NCBI GenBank assembly: GCA_964473815.1
Contig: CAYYQK010000004.1
Span: 68,493-132,492 of the forward strand
Origin: an uncultured Candidatus Saccharibacteria bacterium
Lineage (GTDB): Bacteria > Patescibacteriota > Doudnabacteria > UBA920
DNA: 64,000 nucleotides
Direction: 5' to 3'
In this document: positions 55,761 to 64,000 of the stretch, one piece after another
Layout of the letters: every line of letters starts with the position of its first letter
Position numbering within the stretch: the first letter of the stretch is position 1
Program-made: the position numbers and the translations under genes
The notes under the pieces: model-generated
Told to the model about the DNA's origin: nothing
What the model saw: only the letters and a program-made list of their open reading frames with translations
Database searches by the model: none

Positions 55761-56876
55761 ATGTCATTTCAAATTGGGATTGTGGGTTTGCCGAATGTAG
55801 GTAAATCAACACTATTTAACGCTATTACTAAGTCGTCTGTGGAGGCGGCCAATTATCCGTTTGCGACCATTGATCCGAACGTGGGGGTGGTTGCTGTACC
55901 AGATGAACGTCTGGCAAAGTTGGCTATACAAGAAAAGTCAGCTAAGATTGTGCCGACAACTATTGAGTTTGTAGATATAGCTGGGTTGGTTAGTGGCGCG
56001 CATAAGGGCGAAGGTTTGGGAAATCAGTTTTTGTCGCACATCCGAGAGGTTGATGCGATTTTAGAAGTCGCTCGCCTATTTACCGATGATGATATTATTC
56101 ACGTTAATGGCAGTGTTGATGCGCGCCGCGACATCGACACAATTGGCATTGAACTGCAGTTGGCCGATTTGCAGAATGTTGAAAAACGGTTGCAATCTAA
56201 CGAAAAGTTGATGAAGTCCGGTGACCGCGATGCAAAAATCCGCCAAGGTGTTTTGGAAAAATATAAAGTTGCTCTTGAGGCTGGTAATATGGCAAATTCA
56301 GTTGAGTTAAGTGATGAAGAGCGCGCGGCGAGCAAAGACGTACAGTTGCTCACAACCAAGCCGTTCATCTTGGCTGCGAATTCGACTTACAATATTTCCA
56401 CCAAAAAATATGAGGATGCGAATGGTAAAGATATTGATACATCAAATTTGAAAGCCAATGCTGGTAGCAATTTTGGTGATGTAATTTTAGTTGATGCAAA
56501 ATTGGAAACTGAATTGGCGCAGTTGGACGACGCTGATCGTGATGAATATTTAAAAGATTTAGGATTGAGCGAAAGCGGTTTGGATCGAATTATTACTGCG
56601 GCATACAAAACTTTGGGATTAGTGACTTTTATCACTGCTGGTGAAATGGAGAGTAAAGCTTGGACATGTCCGGCCGGTACTAAGGCTCCGCAAGCCGCCG
56701 GCGTGATACACACAGACTTTGAACAAGGCTTTATTCGCGCGGAAGTAATTCAGTGGGACAAGCTCCTCGAAGCCGGCGGCTACGTTGCAGCCAAAGAAAA
56801 GGGCTGGCTTCGAGTGGAAGGTAAAGAGTACGTCGTTCAAGACGGCGACGTGGTGCACTTTCGATTCGCGAACTAA
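55761..56876 (+). CDS. ychF: redox-regulated ATPase YchF (Obg-family GTPase/ATPase)
   Basis: GIVGLPNVGKSTLFNAIT P-loop; C-terminal TGS domain (VIHTDFEQGFIRAEVI). TACAAT lies 7 nt before the ATG. Confidence 0.9.
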   Translation: MSFQIGIVGLPNVGKSTLFNAITKSSVEAANYPFATIDPNVGVVAVPDERLAKLAIQEKSAKIVPTTIEFVDIAGLVSGAHKGEGLGNQFLSHIREVDAILEVARLFTDDDIIHVNGSVDARRDIDTIGIELQLADLQNVEKRLQSNEKLMKSGDRDAKIRQGVLEKYKVALEAGNMANSVELSDEERAASKDVQLLTTKPFILAANSTYNISTKKYEDANGKDIDTSNLKANAGSNFGDVILVDAKLETELAQLDDADRDEYLKDLGLSESGLDRIITAAYKTLGLVTFITAGEMESKAWTCPAGTKAPQAAGVIHTDFEQGFIRAEVIQWDKLLEAGGYVAAKEKGWLRVEGKEYVVQDGDVVHFRFAN

Positions 56877-56912
56877 CACTGGACAAAATCCCCTATATTT
56901 GCTAGAATTTAG

Positions 56913-56967
56913 GAAATTTGGAGAAATCTTTAGCGAAACTTGAGAAAAACTTTAAGTTTTCTTGAGT
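56913..56967 (+). repeat. copy 3 of the A-tract-phased repeat element upstream of the rpsF operon
   Basis: ggaaatttggagaaatctttagcgaaacttgagaaaaactttaagttttcttgagtacc; the terminal TTGAGT may act as a -35 (then a 15-16 nt spacer and TATAGT). Confidence 0.7.
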
Positions 56968-57113
56968 ACCATTCAGGCACAATATAGTTAAGGCCTTTAT
57001 CAAGACTATTAACTAAACTGCCTATGGAGCACCTCAGCTAAGAGTTTCTGCAAACATCAAATAATTAATATTCTCTGCAACAATTGGGTTGTAGAGATAA
57101 GGAGCAATTCCTT

Positions 57114-57647
57114 ATGCCGAGATATGAATTGATGTACATTCTCGCATCGAGTGTATCTGATGATCAGGTACCTCAAACCGCTCAAAATATTGAGCAGTTC
57201 GTCAGTGACAATGGCGGCACTGACATTTCCCACGAACAGTTGGGAAAAAAGAAACTCGCCTACCCTATCAAAAAAACTCGTAACGGTCACTACGGCGTGA
57301 TTAATTTCACCGCCGAAGGCAATGCTGCGAACGCTCTTGATGCAAAGTTGCGCACCCAAAAGGCAACGGTTATTCGTCATATCATTGTGAACATGGACGA
57401 ACACTTGGAACGCTTAGAAAAAGATAAAGAAGCTCAAGCCAAGATGAATCGTAATCGCCCACCAGAACGCATCGCTCAAGACAAACTTGAAGCTGAAGGC
57501 AAACTCGCACCACAAACTCCTGCAGTACCGGAACGCAAAGTTGCCCCAGCTAAAGAAGCTCGTGAAGCTAAACCAAAAACTGTAGTAACTGAAGAAGTGC
57601 TTGATGAAGAAATCGAAAAAGCACTCAACGAGGATATTACAAAATAA
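57114..57647 (+). CDS. rpsF: 30S ribosomal protein S6 with a C-terminal Lys/Glu-rich extension
   Basis: AAGGAG-9-ATG at MPRYELMYIL (S6 N-terminus). The ORF track starts 30 nt upstream. Confidence 0.85.
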   Translation: MPRYELMYILASSVSDDQVPQTAQNIEQFVSDNGGTDISHEQLGKKKLAYPIKKTRNGHYGVINFTAEGNAANALDAKLRTQKATVIRHIIVNMDEHLERLEKDKEAQAKMNRNRPPERIAQDKLEAEGKLAPQTPAVPERKVAPAKEAREAKPKTVVTEEVLDEEIEKALNEDITK

Positions 57648-57668
57648 TCAATCCTTAAACTTACAACC

Positions 57669-58151
57669 ATGGATTTAAACAAAGTGATGATCATCGGCCG
57701 CTTAACTCGCGACCCAGAACTGCGCCAAACACCAAACGGTGCCAGCGTTTGCCAAATCGGCCTTGCTACGAACTATGTTTACACCAATCAGCAGACTGGC
57801 CAAAAAGTTGAGCAAGTCGAATACCACAATGTTGTGTTGTGGCGCAAGCTCGCTGAAATTGCTAATCAGTATTTGAAGAAAGGCCGTCGCGTTTACGTTG
57901 AAGGTCGCTTGGCAACCCGCTCTTGGGATGGCCAAGATGGCAAGAAAAACTACAAAACCGAAATCGTTGTCGATAACATGATCATGTTGGATGGCGGTCA
58001 AGGCGGACCTGGCGCTGGCAACGGCGGCTCTCCTGCGAGTAACAACTCGTTCGACAATAACAACTCTAATCAATCTTTCCCTGACGAAGAACTGCCAACC
58101 ATTCAACAAGGCGGCGGCGAAGACATCAGTGTAGAAGATATCCCATTTTAA
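57669..58151 (+). CDS. ssb: single-stranded DNA-binding protein
   Basis: OB-fold (MIIGRLTRDPELRQTPNG…), Gly-rich tail ending DIPF. Confidence 0.9.
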   Translation: MDLNKVMIIGRLTRDPELRQTPNGASVCQIGLATNYVYTNQQTGQKVEQVEYHNVVLWRKLAEIANQYLKKGRRVYVEGRLATRSWDGQDGKKNYKTEIVVDNMIMLDGGQGGPGAGNGGSPASNNSFDNNNSNQSFPDEELPTIQQGGGEDISVEDIPF

Positions 58152-58165
58152 TCTCTTAAATAATT

Positions 58166-58408
58166 ATGGCTTACAACAAGAACAATAATAATAACCAACC
58201 AGTGGTGAAGAAAGTTTGCTACTTCTGCAGCAACAAGATCTCCACTGTAGACTACAAAGATACGCAGACTTTGCGCCGCTTTATGTCACCCCACGCCAAG
58301 ATCCTTGGCCATGCACGTACTGGCACCTGCCCAAAGCACCAGCGTATGGTGACATCTGCTCTCAAACGTGCGCGCCACATGGCTTTATTGCCTTTCGTGG
58401 CTCCTTAA
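58166..58408 (+). CDS. rpsR: 30S ribosomal protein S18
   Basis: …[48 protein letters not shown]. Confidence 0.9.
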   Translation: MAYNKNNNNNQPVVKKVCYFCSNKISTVDYKDTQTLRRFMSPHAKILGHARTGTCPKHQRMVTSALKRARHMALLPFVAP

Positions 58409-58431
58409 ACTTCCCTTAACGAAAACCAAAC

Positions 58432-58992
58432 ATGGATTTAAACGATGTAAAACTCGGCGCGATCGTGCTGATGAACGGCGAGCCTTTTCAGGTGATCTGG
58501 TCAAACCGAATGCGCACAGCTCAGCGCAAACCAGTAATGCAAGCCAAATTGCGCAATGTAATCACTGGAAAAGTGTTGGAATACAGCTTCAAGTTCGGTG
58601 AAAAAGTGGAAGGTGCGAACGTAACTCGTGAAAACGCTAATTTCCTTTACGCTGATGAAGGCGGTACGCACTTTATGAACAACGAAACTTTTGAAACCAT
58701 CGACTTTCCAAAAGAAGTCACTGCGGAACAGGAACCTTTTTTGAAAGAAGAGACTAAGGTTCAAGTATTACGATTTAACGGCAAGCCTGTTTCGATTGAA
58801 CTGCCGATTAAAGTAGATTTAAAAGTTGTCGAGGCACCTCCGGGGATCACTGGCAACAGCGGTGGTAACGTTACCAAGCCTGTGAAATTAGAAACTGGGT
58901 TGGTAGTGAACGCACCAATGTTCATCAAAGAAGGTGAAGTTGTACGCATCGACACCCGCGACGGAGTTTACGTCGAACGCGTAAATAACTAA
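58432..58992 (+). CDS. efp: elongation factor P
   Basis: …GEPFQVIWSNRMRTAQRKPVMQAKLRNVITGKVLEYSFKFGEKVE, three OB/KOW-like domains. Confidence 0.9.
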   Translation: MDLNDVKLGAIVLMNGEPFQVIWSNRMRTAQRKPVMQAKLRNVITGKVLEYSFKFGEKVEGANVTRENANFLYADEGGTHFMNNETFETIDFPKEVTAEQEPFLKEETKVQVLRFNGKPVSIELPIKVDLKVVEAPPGITGNSGGNVTKPVKLETGLVVNAPMFIKEGEVVRIDTRDGVYVERVNN

Positions 58993-59012
58993 AGCTGACA
59001 GTCATTTAAATT

Positions 59013-59040
59013 AAAAAGACCCGCGACGGGTCTTTTTTTA
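59013..59040. terminator. bidirectional intrinsic terminator
   Basis: aaagacccgcgacgggtcttttttta. Confidence 0.8.
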
Positions 59041-59045
59041 AATTG

Positions 59046-59438
59046 CTAGGCGGCTTTTTTCATACCTTTACCCAGAGTGCTTCTTACGGAACCTAATTTT
59101 CTATTAAGTTCATTGTATTGTTTTTCAAGCTCTGTATATTTTTGGGAGGAGTCGCCCCCCTTTAACCAACGCCCTAAGAAATTCTGGCTTTTAAATTCCT
59201 CCAAAGCCTGATTCTTCTGTGCTCCTAAATCGATTAAGGCTTGTTCAGCATCTTCGAGGGTATCAAAGCCTAAATCTTCAGTTAAAATTTTGACGGCTTG
59301 CTCTTTAGCATCGTATCTTTTCTCTGGAAATTCAACTACGTTATTGCTGAATTTTTCTTTTAATTCATTATATAAAGCTGGGTTATGTTCGGGCTGGTTT
59401 AGTTCTGGCTGAAATGCCGGCATTTCTCCGTGAGGCAT
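59046..59438 (-). CDS. hypothetical protein
   Basis: 130 aa, acidic, helical; no family recognised. Confidence 0.4.
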   Translation of the reverse strand: MPHGEMPAFQPELNQPEHNPALYNELKEKFSNNVVEFPEKRYDAKEQAVKILTEDLGFDTLEDAEQALIDLGAQKNQALEEFKSQNFLGRWLKGGDSSQKYTELEKQYNELNRKLGSVRSTLGKGMKKAA

Positions 59439-59442
59439 AAAA

Positions 59443-60357
59443 TTATTTTAATTTTGTTAAATAGTTTGCAGCGGCCATGGCAGCTTTAGCGCCTTCGCCT
59501 GCGCCAATAATAATTTGATCGCCCCAGGCATCATTAATGTCACCGGCTGCAAAAATCCCCGGGACTGAGGTTTGCAAATTGTTATCTACCATAATTTCTC
59601 CGAGATGATTCTTCTCAACCAAATTGGCGAAGTCCGCGCTTGGCACATAACCGATTTCCACAAACACACCCTGAACCGCTAAATCTTCGGCGGCTTTACC
59701 CAGCGGTTGAATCGAAATTCCTTCCACACTATCTTTGCCAGAAATTTTCGTCACCCTGGTCTGTGAATAGATTTTGATGTTTGACAAATGCATAATTTTA
59801 TCTTTCACGACTGCCTCACCATTAAAATCTGTTCCTATGTTAATCACATAAACCTGCTTGGCAACTTTGGACAGCGAACAAATGGCGTCCATGGCGCTGT
59901 TCCCTGCGCCAACCACGGCAACTGTTTTGTTTTTATATAGTGGAGCGTCACAGGTTGGACAAACCGCAACTCCGCGACCAAACAATTCTTTTTCGCCAGG
60001 TACACCGAGGTGTCGCGGCACTTTCCCTGACGCTATGATAACCGTTTTCGAATAATACACATTCCCCGTGCTATCCTCCACTGCCAAACTGGTAATATTT
60101 TTTTCTATCTTAGAAACAGTCACATCGAGTTTAACCTGCAAATCTTCTTTTAAAGAAGTCATATGCTCCTGAAATTTAAGTGCTAAATCTGCGCCGGAAA
60201 TCATTGAATAACCCGTGTAGTTTTCCACGTCTGCGCTCCAGATCATTTGGCCACCCAATTCTTTAGCCAACACTAGGGTATTCATTTTGCGACGAGCCGC
60301 GTAAATTGCGGCGGTCATGCCAGCTGGTCCTGCTCCAACAATTATGCAATCGTACAT
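59443..60357 (-). CDS. thioredoxin-reductase-like flavoprotein (CPTC active site, no HRRxxxR NADPH motif)
   Basis: FAD motif IIVGAGPAGMTAAIYAAR; redox dithiol AVCPTCDAPLY; second dinucleotide site VVGAGNSAMD…VYVINIGTDF instead of the canonical …HRRDxFRA. Confidence 0.7.
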   Translation of the reverse strand: MYDCIIVGAGPAGMTAAIYAARRKMNTLVLAKELGGQMIWSADVENYTGYSMISGADLALKFQEHMTSLKEDLQVKLDVTVSKIEKNITSLAVEDSTGNVYYSKTVIIASGKVPRHLGVPGEKELFGRGVAVCPTCDAPLYKNKTVAVVGAGNSAMDAICSLSKVAKQVYVINIGTDFNGEAVVKDKIMHLSNIKIYSQTRVTKISGKDSVEGISIQPLGKAAEDLAVQGVFVEIGYVPSADFANLVEKNHLGEIMVDNNLQTSVPGIFAAGDINDAWGDQIIIGAGEGAKAAMAAANYLTKLK

Positions 60358-60364
60358 GCACTAA

Positions 60365-61588
60365 TTATACCATCTTCTCGCTGATTCTTTGCAGTGCCAC
60401 GATGTACGCTGCGGTACGAAGTGTTGTGTTGTATTTCTTTGCAGCGTCGTGCACTGCAGCAAAGGCGGCAACCATGTGTTCATCAAGTTTTTTAAGCACA
60501 TCTTCCTTGCTCCACTTTTCATTATTCTGATTCTGATACCATTCAAAATAACTCACACACACTCCTCCGCTGTTTGCCAAAATGTCTGGCACAACTGTGA
60601 CGCTATTTTGGGCGAAAATGGCATCAGCTTCTGGAGTAGTCGGCCCATTGGCCATTTCTAAAATAAATTTGGCTTTGATTTTGCTAGCATTGTCGCCAGT
60701 CAAAACATTCTCTAACGCTGCCGGCACTAACACATCAACATCGAGTTCCAGTAATGCTTCATTGGTAATTTCTGTTGTTCCTTCCAGTCCTTTAAGTGCC
60801 CCAGTTTCTTTTTTATGCGCTTCAGCCGCAGCAACATCAATTCCATTTTCGTTAAATACACCGCCCTTACTGTCGGACAAAGCAACAATTTTAAAACCCT
60901 TTTCTTTAACATGTTCGGCTAAATATGTGGCAACATTTCCAAAGCCCTGAATGGCAATAGTTTTGCGATCACCTGAAACAAGGCCAGCGTTAATAGCTTC
61001 TCTCAAAACATAAGCCCCACCAAAACCAGTCGCCTCAGTACGGCCTTCGCTGCCGCCGTCATCGAGTGACTTACCGGTAATCACACCCGGCGCAGTAGTG
61101 CCGGAAAGTTTTTCGTATTCTTGGCGCATCCAACCCATGATTTGCCCATTAGTGTTTACATCTGGCGCTGGTACATCAATTTCAGGACCAAAGTTCCGCC
61201 ACATTTGCCGCATGTATCCACGACTAAGTCGTTCAAGTTCGCCTTCTGAAAGTTCTTTTGGATTAACGATGATCCCACCCTTACCGCCGCCAAAAGGAAC
61301 ATCAACCACTGCATTTTTAAAAGTCATCCAAAAACTTAATGCTCGCACTTCGTCCAAATTTACATCCTGATGATAACGAATTCCGCCTTTGTAAGGCCCA
61401 CGCGCGTTATTGTGTTGCGACCGAAATCCAGTGAAAATCTTTTGCTGGCCATTATCCAACAACACCGGTATAGAAACTTCGATATAGCGATCAGGATTCT
61501 TGAGTCGTTCTACTATATTAGCGTCCGCGCCCATTACTTTCGCGGCTGCGTCGAGCTGCGACTTCGCTGATTCAAATGGATTATTCAT
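60365..61588 (-). CDS. Glu/Leu/Phe/Val-family dehydrogenase (glutamate dehydrogenase-like)
   Basis: Substrate-site VPFGGGKGGI, Rossmann GFGNVATYLA. Confidence 0.85.
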   Translation of the reverse strand: MNNPFESAKSQLDAAAKVMGADANIVERLKNPDRYIEVSIPVLLDNGQQKIFTGFRSQHNNARGPYKGGIRYHQDVNLDEVRALSFWMTFKNAVVDVPFGGGKGGIIVNPKELSEGELERLSRGYMRQMWRNFGPEIDVPAPDVNTNGQIMGWMRQEYEKLSGTTAPGVITGKSLDDGGSEGRTEATGFGGAYVLREAINAGLVSGDRKTIAIQGFGNVATYLAEHVKEKGFKIVALSDSKGGVFNENGIDVAAAEAHKKETGALKGLEGTTEITNEALLELDVDVLVPAALENVLTGDNASKIKAKFILEMANGPTTPEADAIFAQNSVTVVPDILANSGGVCVSYFEWYQNQNNEKWSKEDVLKKLDEHMVAAFAAVHDAAKKYNTTLRTAAYIVALQRISEKMV

Positions 61589-61610
61589 AAATTTATATTA
61601 AATTTATTTC

Positions 61611-62540
61611 TTAAATCTTTGCCTGTTCGGATAAATATTTTTCCGCATCAAGTGCGGCCTTGCATCCTTCGCCCGCAGAAGTTACAGCCTGTCGATAGCG
61701 GTGGTCATGCACATCCCCTGCTACAAACACCCCTTCAATGTTGGTTTGGGTAAATTCTTTGCTCAAAATATAGCCCATCGAGTCGACTTCCACGCCAGCT
61801 TCTTGGAAAATCTTTGATGCCGGTGAATGACCAATGGCCACGAAGTATCCTTGCGCTGCAATCTCTCGCTCTTCACCAGTTTCGTTGTCACGCACGCGCA
61901 AACCGCTAAACGAGTCTTCTCCTAATATGTCTACTACTGTAACATTAGTCACAAATGAAATCTTTGGATTGTCCTGTGCCCGCTTCAACATAATTTTCGA
62001 TGCCTTAAAATTGTTGCTGCGATTTACAATCGTTACTGTCTTGCCAAACTTTGTTAAGAAAGTAGCTTCTTCCATGGCACTATCACCACCACCAATTACC
62101 ACAATATCTAAATCTTTAAAAAAGAAGCCATCACATGTTGCGCAAGCAGTCACGCCACGGCCTCGCAAACGAGTTTCGTTTTCTAAGCCCAACCATTTAA
62201 CCTCGGCACCAGTCGCAATAATTACAGATTCGGCTTGGTATTCGTTGCTATCTGTTTTTACTTTGAATGGCTTGCTAGAAAAATCCGCACTAACCACACT
62301 TTCCTGCACAATTTTTGCGCCAAAACGTTCAGCCTGCTTAGTCATGTTCTGCATCAATTCCGGGCCTTGAATGGCTTCAGGGAATCCAGGAAAATTTTCT
62401 ACGTCAGTGGTAATTGTTAACTGGCCGCCGGGTTGTATTCCGGAAATTACTAATGGCTCCATTTCCGCGCGTGCGGCATATAACGCGGCAGTTAGTCCTG
62501 CTGGTCCACTCCCAATTATTAATACTTTATTTGTGTCCAT
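61611..62540 (-). CDS. trxB: thioredoxin-reductase-like flavoprotein (CATC active site)
   Basis: IIGSGPAGLTAALYAAR, CATCDGFF, GGGDSAMEEATFLTKFG…NRSNNF (HRR replaced by NRS). Start at MDTNKV (62540), 13 nt after the regulator stop. The ORF track extends to 62642. Confidence 0.75.
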   Translation of the reverse strand: MDTNKVLIIGSGPAGLTAALYAARAEMEPLVISGIQPGGQLTITTDVENFPGFPEAIQGPELMQNMTKQAERFGAKIVQESVVSADFSSKPFKVKTDSNEYQAESVIIATGAEVKWLGLENETRLRGRGVTACATCDGFFFKDLDIVVIGGGDSAMEEATFLTKFGKTVTIVNRSNNFKASKIMLKRAQDNPKISFVTNVTVVDILGEDSFSGLRVRDNETGEEREIAAQGYFVAIGHSPASKIFQEAGVEVDSMGYILSKEFTQTNIEGVFVAGDVHDHRYRQAVTSAGEGCKAALDAEKYLSEQAKI

Positions 62541-62553
62541 ATATTTCGTCTTT

Positions 62554-62823
62554 CTATTTCTTTGAATAAATCTTGATAATTTCCTGAACTGCTTCTTTGC
62601 GTTTACTTGGGCTTGAGCTTTTTGCATCGAGTACACATTCACCCAGATATCCTTCCAGAACCAGAGTGTTAACTTTCTTCATCGCCTCTATTACCGCGTG
62701 TCCCTGGTTTAGGATATCCATGCAGTAAGCGCCCTTGTCGACCATGTCGGCCACGGCTCGTACATGCCCTTCAATGTAGCGTAACCGCTTCACTAAATCG
62801 GCTTTATTTTCTATTTTCGACAT
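62554..62823 (-). CDS. CsoR/RcnR/FrmR-family repressor with a CstR-like Cys-Tyr-Cys fingerprint
   Basis: LRYIEGHVRAVADMV…AYCMDILNQ…LEGYLGECVLD aligns with CsoR RxEGQ…YCxDxL…H-x-x-x-C. The His ligand is replaced by Tyr; two Cys are retained (C34, C63). Confidence 0.65.
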   Translation of the reverse strand: MSKIENKADLVKRLRYIEGHVRAVADMVDKGAYCMDILNQGHAVIEAMKKVNTLVLEGYLGECVLDAKSSSPSKRKEAVQEIIKIYSKK

Positions 62824-62863
62824 AAATTATTGATAAATTCTTAAAATTTCAATTTCTCTTCGT

Positions 62864-62880
62864 ACCCCCCACAGGGGGGT
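62864..62880. promoter_or_regulatory. G/C-tract palindrome ACCCCCC-ACA-GGGGGGT (CsoR/RcnR-type operator)
   Basis: Located 41-57 nt upstream of the regulator gene, in the divergent intergenic region. Confidence 0.55.
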
Positions 62881-62905
62881 CTATATTTGTATATTACTCT
62901 CCCCT

Positions 62906-62934
62906 CTTGACTTCTGTCAAATTAAGGAGTATAC
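62906..62934 (+). promoter_or_regulatory. sigma70-like promoter TTGACT-17-TATACT
   Basis: TTGACTtctgtcaaattaaggagTATACT, facing the 62991 gene. Confidence 0.55.
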
Positions 62935-62990
62935 TCTAGCGTCCGGTGCGTTTCCAGTGCCGGAAATTAACGGAGGGCGGAAAGGACTCT

Positions 62991-63200
62991 ATGACAGTTC
63001 ACAAAGCTATGCGGACTGTAGCCGCAGCCACCAAAGCTGCGCACGTCCATCAGATGCTGGGCGTAGTAATTATAGTGGCGCACGCATCTGAAATCGCCCG
63101 AGTGGTGATGGAAATCAACATCTGGCATCTGGCCACAGCGCTGACACTATTCAGCATCTGGATGGCCACCACCAAAGGAGGATTGTCCGAACTGGCATAG
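62991..63200 (+). CDS. hypothetical small hydrophobic His-containing protein
   Basis: GGAAAGGA SD then ATG at MTVHKAMR…; divergent from the CsoR-like regulator. The ORF track starts at 62946. Confidence 0.35.
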   Translation: MTVHKAMRTVAAATKAAHVHQMLGVVIIVAHASEIARVVMEINIWHLATALTLFSIWMATTKGGLSELA

Positions 63201-63207
63201 AGCCAAG

Positions 63208-63245
63208 CTAAGCCGCTACATTTTGTAGCCGGCTTTTCTTTTTAT
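63208..63245 (+). terminator. intrinsic terminator
   Basis: aagccgctaca-tttt-gtagccggctt + TTTCTTTTT. Confidence 0.6.
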
Positions 63246-63279
63246 CGTGATATAATAAACACATCATTAATTTTTACAA

Positions 63280-63762
63280 ATGGAACAAACACCTCCTGCT
63301 GGGCAAACCAGCAATTTGCCAGGACTCGAAGGAATCTTTGATACTTACCTGCGCATCAAATCGCCAGTCCAACTGCCTGAAAAAGCTCGGGAATGGATCG
63401 TGAAATACGGTCCGTGGATTAGTTTAGTTTTGTTAATTATTAGCGGATTAGTACTTATACCTCTTCTGATAATCGCCTTGGGTATGACTGCGGTCACGTT
63501 ACCTTTTGCTGCCCTAGCCGGTGCCACAGCAACAACGATGTGGGGTTGGGTTCATATCGCACTCTCACTTGTTGTGATTGTGATGGAAGCCATTGCCATC
63601 CCTGCATTACTAAAACGCAAGCTATCTGGTTGGAAAATGATTTACTACGCTTCCCTACTTTCGTTTGTTTCTTCAGTTTTGGGAATGGCTTGGGTTAGCG
63701 CGATCGTTGGTTTAATAATCGGCATGTTCATCTTGTTCCAAATCCGTTCGAAATATCAATAA
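63280..63762 (+). CDS. hypothetical polytopic membrane protein
   Basis: Four hydrophobic helices; followed by a gccggc…gccggt + T6 terminator (63776..63803). Confidence 0.45.
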   Translation: MEQTPPAGQTSNLPGLEGIFDTYLRIKSPVQLPEKAREWIVKYGPWISLVLLIISGLVLIPLLIIALGMTAVTLPFAALAGATATTMWGWVHIALSLVVIVMEAIAIPALLKRKLSGWKMIYYASLLSFVSSVLGMAWVSAIVGLIIGMFILFQIRSKYQ

Positions 63763-63846
63763 CTCAAATTTTTAAAAAGCCGGCTAACCATGCCGGTTTT
63801 TTGTTAAAAGTAGTATAATATAGACAAGAATCAATAATACAAAAAC

Positions 63847-64000
63847 AATGAAAAAAGTTTCTATAGTTTGGATTATTTTAATCCAATGGGTATTGGCTTT
63901 CGAATGGCTTCACTCGGGGTGGGGCAAATGGATCAAGCCTGATTTTATGGCAGGGATCTCCGGGACTCTGAGTACCTTTGCTTCTAAAACTCCCCACTTG
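63847..64000 (+). CDS. membrane protein, 5' partial (possibly DoxX-like)
   Basis: MKKVSIVWIILIQWVLAFEWLHSGWGKW… runs off the window end. Confidence 0.3.

Overview
This 64-kb window looks like a low-GC (~42%), gene-dense bacterial chromosomal segment. It is dominated by housekeeping genes and has a small-genome, possibly Patescibacteria-like flavour that I cannot confirm from sequence alone.

Main genes, in order:
- hisS, an ABC exporter, ftsZ-ftsA, yqeY, rpsU.
- A HIT hydrolase next to a degenerate HisRS paralog, then lepB.
- An LCP-family protein, der, pth, dprA, an ASCH protein, topA, a polysaccharide deacetylase.
- tRNA-Lys(UUU).
- A SAM-dependent methyltransferase and an RND permease.
- A CIRCE/HrcA-controlled hrcA-grpE-dnaK-dnaJ operon.
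- A GH1-like / phosphodiesterase accessory patch.
- uvrA and uvrC, secG, an Opp-like substrate-binding protein, tRNA-Leu(CAG).
- RNase J, trpS, a phosphohexomutase, ychF.
- rpsF-ssb-rpsR-efp.
- A CsoR/CstR-like repressor controlling trxB-gdh-trxB.

No transposase, integrase or CRISPR array was seen.

Unexplained signals worth follow-up:
- A tight minus-strand operon of three paralogous small Cys-motif proteins (60-70 aa). Between paralogs the codon differences are synonymous. It has its own promoter, an 18-bp perfect palindrome at the transcription start, and a bidirectional terminator.
- A catalytically degenerate HisRS paralog arranged in an operon with a HIT hydrolase.
- A ~45-55 bp A-tract-phased repeat element present in five copies. 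Four copies sit just upstream of gene starts.
- Several candidate structured RNAs: a pseudoknot-rich ~220-nt element with its own terminator downstream of uvrA, a promoter-leader-attenuator unit in front of a small gene, and a promoter-to-terminator unit antisense within the dnaK-dnaJ spacer.
- A CstR-like (Cys-Tyr-Cys) CsoR-family regulator with a G/C-tract palindrome operator next to two thioredoxin-reductase paralogs that lack the NADPH-specificity motif.
- GC-rich islets encoding a small Gly-rich peptide.
- A genome-wide tendency for a -10 hexamer to sit 5-7 nt from the ATG, suggesting leaderless mRNAs.

All product calls come from motif recognition by eye. No database search was run.
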